DNA of 64,000 bases from contig JBBCKI010000049.1 of assembly GCA_037190965.1 (NCBI GenBank), positions 15,908 to 79,907 of the forward strand, read 5' to 3'. Positions 58,295-64,000 of the stretch are shown here, in pieces. The DNA comes from Chthoniobacteraceae bacterium. Its GTDB lineage: Bacteria > Verrucomicrobiota > Verrucomicrobiia > Chthoniobacterales > Chthoniobacteraceae. The stretch's first letter is position 1; each line of letters opens with the position of its first letter. The notes under the pieces are model-generated. The model saw nothing but the letters and a program-made list of their open reading frames with translations, had not been told where the DNA came from and did no database searches. The position numbers and the translations under genes are program-made.

Positions 58295-59488
58295 ATGAGC
58301 GCACCACAGATCAAAAAGTTTTCGGATGCCAAAAATCCAAAATTCAAGTGGGCGGTTTACTTTGACGCGCCGGGCGGCGGGCGGAAGCGCAACATATTCA
58401 AGACGAAGGAAGCGGCGAACAACTTTTTGATTGAGGAGGAGGTGAAGGCCGGGAACTTGGGCCGTCAGAAAGCAGCGGCTCTCACCGTCTCCTTACAGGA
58501 TGAGGCCGTCACCTGCCAAAAGCGCCTCACCCCCTTTGGTAAAACACTCTCCGATGCCGTAGAGCACTATATCCTTCACTTACAGGCCACAGAGAAGAGC
58601 GCCCCGATTTCCGAGCTTGTAGAGCGGTTTCTTGAGGTTCAGCGGGCAGCGAAGAAATCGAAGTATTATCTTTACGAGCTAAAGAACCGACTGGATACCT
58701 TTGCCGACGATCACGGCAAAACCTACGCTTCGGAGATCACGACGGCAACCTTGGATCAATGGATTGGTGCCCGGAAGGTGGGCGACCGCACCAAGAACCA
58801 TTTTCGGCGCGTCCTTTCGGCATTCTTTGAGTGGGCGCGTATCCAAAAGGCTTGCCCCACGAACCCCGCCCGCGATGCCGTGCGTGTCAAAGTGGCAACA
58901 GGTCGCCCGGAGATTTACACCCCTGCACAAGTGCGCGTCATGCTCACAGAGGCGGCGACACTCCCGGAGAAATCCCGCGACGTGTTCGCCACAGTATTGT
59001 TGGGCCTCTTCGCCGGATTGCGGCCATTTGAGGCGCAGCGGTTGACCTGGGATCAAGTATTGCGGCGCGGAACGCAATGGCGCATCGACCTTTCAGCAGC
59101 GGGAACCAAGACTGGCGCACGCCGCCTTGTGGACGTGAAGGAGCCGTTGCGGGCATGGCTTGAAAAGTTCTTCGCCTGCGATACGGCCCGGCCAATCATC
59201 CAGCCGAATTTCCCAAAACGAGAACGAGCCTACCGGGACACCCTCAAGGAAAAGGGCATTGCGTGGATCAATGACGGGTTGCGGCACAGTTTCGCCTCTT
59301 ACACCCTTGCGGGCAGCAATGACGCGGCGGCAACTGCACGCGCCCTTGGGCACAGTGATACGGCGATGCTCTTTGCCCATTACGCCGAGATTACCACGCC
59401 CGAGGCCGCGCACGAATACTTCGCACTCACTCCCGAGGCAATATTGAAGAATCCCAAAATTATCGAATTGAGAGAGGCCATTGCATGA
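58295..59488 (+). CDS. int: Tyrosine recombinase / phage integrase
   Basis: Catalytic GLRPFE, KT, DGLRHSFASY, LGH, HY; SAM-like N-domain. Confidence 0.95.
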   Translation: MSAPQIKKFSDAKNPKFKWAVYFDAPGGGRKRNIFKTKEAANNFLIEEEVKAGNLGRQKAAALTVSLQDEAVTCQKRLTPFGKTLSDAVEHYILHLQATEKSAPISELVERFLEVQRAAKKSKYYLYELKNRLDTFADDHGKTYASEITTATLDQWIGARKVGDRTKNHFRRVLSAFFEWARIQKACPTNPARDAVRVKVATGRPEIYTPAQVRVMLTEAATLPEKSRDVFATVLLGLFAGLRPFEAQRLTWDQVLRRGTQWRIDLSAAGTKTGARRLVDVKEPLRAWLEKFFACDTARPIIQPNFPKRERAYRDTLKEKGIAWINDGLRHSFASYTLAGSNDAAATARALGHSDTAMLFAHYAEITTPEAAHEYFALTPEAILKNPKIIELREAIA

Positions 59489-60270
59489 CAACACCAGCCC
59501 AAAAAAAGCGTACCATCCGACAAAAGCCCAAACCCACGACTCCCGAGACACCCAAACCACTGGCTCCTGAGACGCCCACGCCACCGGCTCCCGAGATTCC
59601 TGCCTATGCGCTCACCCGGCAGGAAGTCGCGCCCATTGCTGTGGAACTATTCAAAGTTTATTCAGATGTCGAGAGTGCCGCCAAGCAAGCAGTCGCGCTA
59701 TTACGGGCGTGTGATCGGGCCATTGAAACTGATTCGGTTAGGTGGAAGTCTGACTTCTTGACACAAAAGATGATTGACGCTCAAAAAAAGGCGGAATCGA
59801 TGCCGGAAAAACAAATCAAAGCTCTCTCCCCTAAAGAACAATGGGAAAATGGATTGAAGGTGCCGTTTGGGAAGCTAGTGGAAAACGCCACGGAAGAAAC
59901 CACGCATAAAAGAAGAGCAAAAAAGAAGTTTATGGATTTTATCGAATCCTCAGTCACCTCAGCGGGAAAGGAGTGGCCCAAAGCGAAAGCGGATCAAATT
60001 GGTGCGCATGTTGAAAAATTATGGGGGTATTTCATTATGAATCCTTTGCCAAGCATGCAGATTGATCCCCTGAATGGCTTGTTGCTATTGCTTCTTGAAT
60101 TTGGGTTGCCAGACCAGCCTGAGAATTTTTTTGAAAGATTTTCCTTTTTTGAGAAATCCGGCAGAATCTCGAAAAACCCCGACAAACGAAGCGATTTTCC
60201 CGACAAAAAACCCATCAAGGTATTAGCGACCAAGGCAACAAAATCCCGACAAATCGGACCAAAAAGCTGA
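59485..60270 (+). CDS. Hypothetical protein with Pro-rich N-terminal repeats
   Basis: 261-aa ORF, ATGA-coupled to the integrase stop. Confidence 0.6.
   Translation: MTTPAQKKRTIRQKPKPTTPETPKPLAPETPTPPAPEIPAYALTRQEVAPIAVELFKVYSDVESAAKQAVALLRACDRAIETDSVRWKSDFLTQKMIDAQKKAESMPEKQIKALSPKEQWENGLKVPFGKLVENATEETTHKRRAKKKFMDFIESSVTSAGKEWPKAKADQIGAHVEKLWGYFIMNPLPSMQIDPLNGLLLLLLEFGLPDQPENFFERFSFFEKSGRISKNPDKRSDFPDKKPIKVLATKATKSRQIGPKS
59540..59600 (+). repeat. 24-bp imperfect tandem repeat (about 2.5 copies) encoding (T/A)PETPxPx
   Basis: CTCC(C/T)GAGA starts at 59540, 59564 and 59588. Confidence 0.65.
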
Positions 60271-60328
60271 CAGCCAAGGCGGTTTTCCCGACAGAGGTGC
60301 AGAGCATCCCTTGTGGTAACTTGCTTGG

Positions 60329-60556
60329 ATGAAACAGACCAAAGTACCCAATAGTATCCCACAATCGCCCCTCCTTACCTTCGAGCAAGTCGGACTTCGT
60401 TTAGGAGTTGTAACAAATTACGCCCGACGACTGGCAGACAATGGGGTATTGCCGAAAGTCAAAATTGGCCGACGCTGTGTTCGTGTTCCAGCCTTAGCCG
60501 TTGAGGAGTTCATCGCCAAGCGCACCGTCTCGGCAAAGGGAGGGGCCTCTAAATGA
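60329..60556 (+). CDS. Excisionase/AlpA-like HTH_17 DNA-binding protein
   Basis: LLTFEQVGLRLGV....ARRL...G.LP.VKIGRR.VRV....VEEFI. Confidence 0.85.
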   Translation: MKQTKVPNSIPQSPLLTFEQVGLRLGVVTNYARRLADNGVLPKVKIGRRCVRVPALAVEEFIAKRTVSAKGGASK

Positions 60557-62004
60557 ACTCACCTTGGGCGAAAGCGGCTCCGGCGGTCGATATTAGTGCA
60601 TTGATGCGCGGGCCAACGCCAGAGGCCGCAGAACCGCTTGAATACAGCATTCCTAAACGAGAGCACGAACAGCCAGTGACTCGCTGTACATTTCCACCGG
60701 GATTGGTCGGGCAGGTCGCGGAATATATTTTCTTTTCCTCAGTTCGCCCAATTAAAGAGGTTGCGTTATCGGCGGCAATCGCGCTTTGCGCAGGCGTTTG
60801 TGGCCGCTCCTATAACATTTCTGGAACGGGCTTGAATCAATACATCATCCTTCTCGCGAAGACAGGGCGCGGAAAGGAGGGCGCAGCGACCGGCATCGAC
60901 AACCTCATGGCGGCGGTTCGCCAGACGATTCCAATGGCCGATCAATTTATAGGCCCGGCGGCTTTTGCCTCCGGTCAAGCCCTTGTCAAATTCATGGACA
61001 CACGGCCATGCTTCGTTTCCGTCCTTGGCGAATTTGGACTCACCTTGCAACAAATATGTGACCCGAAAGCGGCAAGCCCTCTGGTAATGCTTCGGAAAGT
61101 ATTACTGGATATTTATTCAAAGAGCGGCCATTCCAAGGTTCTTCGTTCCAGCGTCTATTCTGATTCGGAAAAAAACACACGCATAATACAAGCGCCGAAT
61201 GTCACGCTTTTAGGCGAGAGCACGCCGGAGACATTCTTTAATGGCTTGGATGCCAGCCACATTGCGGAGGGCTTGATTCCACGCTTTACAATCATCGAAT
61301 ATGACGGGCCTCGACCACAACGAAACCCGACACCGTTTGAGCCGCCATCGCCGGGACTTGTAGCGGCCTTTGTTGAGCTTGTGACCACCGCTATCAACAC
61401 GGCGCAAAACCATACTTGCTCGCCCGTTGCCACGCAGACAGATGCCCTCGCATTGTTCGATGAGTTAAACGACGACGCGGATTTTAAAATCAACCATTCA
61501 GCCCTCGAAACTGAGGCCGAACTTTGGAATCGCGCCCATCTAAAGGCGTTAAAGCTAGCCGCTCTTGTGGCCGTTGGCTGTAACATCCACGCGCCGATGA
61601 TCACTCTCGACATCGCAAAATGGTCTTGCGCCTTAATCCGGCGAGAAATCGGCGACATTTTGAAACGCTTCCAGGCTGGAGAAATCGGCAACGGTGCGGA
61701 GAAACAGGAAATGGAAATTCGCAGATTGTTCGCGCACTTTCAAACCCTTTCAGAATCGCAGCGGAAGACCCACAGATGCCCCGACGGACTTATGCGGGCA
61801 CAAGTATGCCCTTTGAGTTTTCTGACCATTTACACGCGCCGTTTAGCGTGTTTTAAATACGACCAGCGCGGGCCGATAAAAGCGTTGGGCGAGTGCTTGG
61901 CCGACATGATGAAGCGCGAAGTTTTAGAAGCGCTTCCGTTACTGCAACTTCAGAACGAATATGGGATGAAAACGCCGATTTACTACCAGGGCAAAGGATG
62001 GTGA
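60553..62004 (+). CDS. DUF3987/YfjI-like replication protein (primase/helicase-associated NTPase)
   Basis: NQYIILLAKTGRGKE (Walker A-like), SGQAL, EFG, LLGESTPE.F, GLIPRF; ATGA-coupled to the HTH gene. Confidence 0.75.
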   Translation: MNSPWAKAAPAVDISALMRGPTPEAAEPLEYSIPKREHEQPVTRCTFPPGLVGQVAEYIFFSSVRPIKEVALSAAIALCAGVCGRSYNISGTGLNQYIILLAKTGRGKEGAATGIDNLMAAVRQTIPMADQFIGPAAFASGQALVKFMDTRPCFVSVLGEFGLTLQQICDPKAASPLVMLRKVLLDIYSKSGHSKVLRSSVYSDSEKNTRIIQAPNVTLLGESTPETFFNGLDASHIAEGLIPRFTIIEYDGPRPQRNPTPFEPPSPGLVAAFVELVTTAINTAQNHTCSPVATQTDALALFDELNDDADFKINHSALETEAELWNRAHLKALKLAALVAVGCNIHAPMITLDIAKWSCALIRREIGDILKRFQAGEIGNGAEKQEMEIRRLFAHFQTLSESQRKTHRCPDGLMRAQVCPLSFLTIYTRRLACFKYDQRGPIKALGECLADMMKREVLEALPLLQLQNEYGMKTPIYYQGKGW

Positions 62005-62031
62005 CAGCAACTTTTGGCACATTGAACCCTT

Positions 62032-62259
62032 ATGACTAAATCTAAACCCTCACGCCGCCGAATCGTCCAGATGCGCACGATAGGCAAGTTTCACAAACCA
62101 GAAGGCCGGGCCGTCCGCGTTTACGTCGGGACCGATTGCCACAATGGAAAAGGCGTCCGTTTCTGGTTCGATGGACGCGGCAAGCGGCATTTCATCGACG
62201 ACCGGAAGTTCCGTGCATGGAAGGCCGCAAAGCCTAATTTAACCGGAATTAACCTCTAG
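62032..62259 (+). CDS. Small basic hypothetical protein
   Basis: 75-aa ORF 27 nt after the DUF3987 gene, co-oriented. Confidence 0.5.
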   Translation: MTKSKPSRRRIVQMRTIGKFHKPEGRAVRVYVGTDCHNGKGVRFWFDGRGKRHFIDDRKFRAWKAAKPNLTGINL

Positions 62260-62557
62260 CACCCCTTCCTGAAGATTTGTAAGTTACTGAAACCAAGCAA
62301 CTTAATAGATTATCTTTCCTGTTAACCCAATTTTCCAAAAATAAACAAAACCAAACGCGCTCCCTCGCGGGCAATCTCTCGCGCACGCGCAGGGCGAAAG
62401 CGAATTTTTCAAAGAAGATGTTAAAATGGTTAAAATGATTAATTTTCTTAAATTTACTCTGTAAAAAGGCGATAACCTCGAAATCGAGAAGGGGTTAGCG
62501 GAGGTTAGGTTCAACGTCGATCAAGTATCCACAAATCGACGGAATAAAATACGCTCA

Positions 62558-63751
62558 TTATTTTCCAGCCTTTTGGCTATTTTCAAGATAGGCGTCTGAG
62601 GAAAATTCGCTAACATCAAATTCGAATACAGGATTCCCCTGTTGGTATACAGGAATTGAAATCCGAACCTTCTTCGATTTAAGCATCTTCGAGACAAACC
62701 CTTGGTAATCTCGAAAAAAAGCGGAGGTAGTGCTATGGTCTTCAGCGCCAACTATCTTGTAGCTTATTGGATCGGAATCATCAAACCGGACAAGTGCTTT
62801 GGAATCTTCGTAGTTTCTTACGAGAAGTTGCCCTCTCTCGATTTCAAAAATCACATCTTTCCCATACTTTGGATGGGTTCGAAGAATAAGTGTTCCGTTC
62901 TGATGCCCGCGATAGGGAAATCCAAAATTCACCGTGTTGGTGCTCTCGGTAATTGCTCTATGTACGCGCCCCCTACCCATCTCATAGTCACCGTGAAAAT
63001 ACCGCCAGTTCATGGGTGCAGGAGAATGCGTTTCTTCCTTTGTGGAGATTAATTGAGCGGCGATTTGCTTTTGCTTCTCTTCCTCGACCTTTCCGCCGTA
63101 AAACGACAATTTGGTTTTGTAAGATTCATTATCGGGATGTAACCTTAACAACTGCTGATATAAATTCCTGTTCTTCTCATATTCATTACTCGAAACCCCC
63201 TTCAATTCATCCAATAGCTGCTTGGTTTTTTCCGCTTTCTGGATCGCTTGAACTTCGTTCTTTGCCTGAATGTTTATTTGAGTTAACTCTTTATCATTAG
63301 AGACTAGATACCTATTGGATTCAGAAATAACTAACTGATAATTCCTTTCCAAAAGCGCCTTCTTTACTGAGGAAATTATCTCTTCACGGTTGACGGTGAA
63401 ATAATCAATAGTTTCCTGCCGCAACCGGATTTCTCTTTCGGATTTCATGCGTGCCGCCTCTTGATTTTCGCGATCAATCCTCACCATAGCCTCCTTTGTG
63501 GAAAAGAAACTACTGGCCAGAATCAGTGCAAATACGAGAATTACCCTAAGCTGCACAGAGAGCGTCTTGTTGGATTTTGCATAGACAAAACTCCTCACCG
63601 GAGGCAGGAAAAGCGCAGATGCAACGATAAGACACAGTCCAGATCTAACTGAAAAAGTTAAACTAAATGCCCCCATCGATAGGAATAGAAACCCAAACGC
63701 CCAATTGAATATTAAATAAATATATTTCATCACCTTCTCATTTATTGTCAT
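62558..63751 (-). CDS. Low-GC membrane-anchored hypothetical protein (about 3 TM, coiled coil, C-terminal globular domain)
   Basis: 397-aa ORF in AT-rich DNA; C-terminal W.Y....S.N.VNFGFPY...LILR.HPKYG.DV...GQ....VRFDD motif. Confidence 0.75.
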   Translation of the reverse strand: MTINEKVMKYIYLIFNWAFGFLFLSMGAFSLTFSVRSGLCLIVASALFLPPVRSFVYAKSNKTLSVQLRVILVFALILASSFFSTKEAMVRIDRENQEAARMKSEREIRLRQETIDYFTVNREEIISSVKKALLERNYQLVISESNRYLVSNDKELTQINIQAKNEVQAIQKAEKTKQLLDELKGVSSNEYEKNRNLYQQLLRLHPDNESYKTKLSFYGGKVEEEKQKQIAAQLISTKEETHSPAPMNWRYFHGDYEMGRGRVHRAITESTNTVNFGFPYRGHQNGTLILRTHPKYGKDVIFEIERGQLLVRNYEDSKALVRFDDSDPISYKIVGAEDHSTTSAFFRDYQGFVSKMLKSKKVRISIPVYQQGNPVFEFDVSEFSSDAYLENSQKAGK

Positions 63752-64000
63752 TATATCCCGTTATACCTACTAACGATCCAGTTCCAAGCCCGACTTGACA
63801 TTCCGGTAAAAATCCTCCACTCCCGTCCAATACAACGAAATTCCCCAAACTATTTACATCAGAAAATGCAATAACTCTTAGCGATTCGTCGAACTCTGAC
63901 CGGCGGGCTTCGGTGAGTGCCGCTCGGACCTTCTTCAGCGACTCCCCCATTTTCTGATCCGTGCTGCCGTCAATTCTGGGTTTACCGCATCCTGAAAGGC
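63738..64000 (-). CDS. Partial lipoprotein (DUF6694-like), 5' end outside the window, possibly 3'-truncated
   Basis: The frame is open to the window edge and reads LSGC-GKPRIDGSTDQKMGESLKKVRAAL..ARRSEFDESL, i.e. a lipobox followed by a DUF6694-like start. Confidence 0.5.
   Translation of the reverse strand, partial: LSGCGKPRIDGSTDQKMGESLKKVRAALTEARRSEFDESLRVIAFSDVNSLGNFVVLDGSGGFLPECQVGLGTGSLVGITGYNDNK

Larger units (their letters stand above)
58151..64000. mobile_element. tRNA-Arg-targeting integrative element (phage satellite/IME-like), extends beyond the window
   Basis: tRNA 3' fragment, tyrosine integrase, Xis/AlpA-like HTH, DUF3987 protein and low-GC cargo. Confidence 0.85.

Overview
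Bacterial chromosomal window, most likely Verrucomicrobiota (Chthoniobacterales/Terrimicrobium-like). The assignment is inferred from two PEP-CTERM proteins, a complete Verru_Chthon four-pilin cassette, an H-X9-DG prepilin and a GntR-HTH/LacI-sensor hybrid regulator. Left to right: (1) 0.1-10 kb, a minus-strand module of regulator, PEP-CTERM protein, secreted protein, triple beta-helix enzyme, prepilin and TIM-barrel hydrolase-like protein. (2) 10.3-24.5 kb, a stress/carbon-storage type cluster (DUF6496, FAD/FeS oxidase, enolase-superfamily enzyme, TPP enzyme, two SDRs, divergent PPase, GH15, membrane proteins). (3) 24.6-48.1 kb, a ~21 kb glycan-utilisation operon in which the Verru_Chthon pilin cassette is translationally coupled to an MFS sugar transporter and glycoside hydrolases, with a PocR-AraC regulator, ROK kinase and SIS isomerase. 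(4) 48-57.8 kb, a patchwork with a stand-alone EF-G domain IV-like fragment, a high-GC LysR/M81/CitE cassette, a head-to-head pair of 5'-truncated genes (LacI-type sensor and SBP-permease fusion), a permease with GH42-like repeats, a palindromic MITE and an esterase. (5) From 58.15 kb to the window end, an integrated element bounded by a 3' fragment of tRNA-Arg(CCT), with tyrosine integrase, Xis/AlpA-like HTH, DUF3987 protein, phased repeats, a candidate origin and low-GC cargo, resembling a minimalist phage satellite or IME. All family calls come from motif recognition by eye; no database searches were run.
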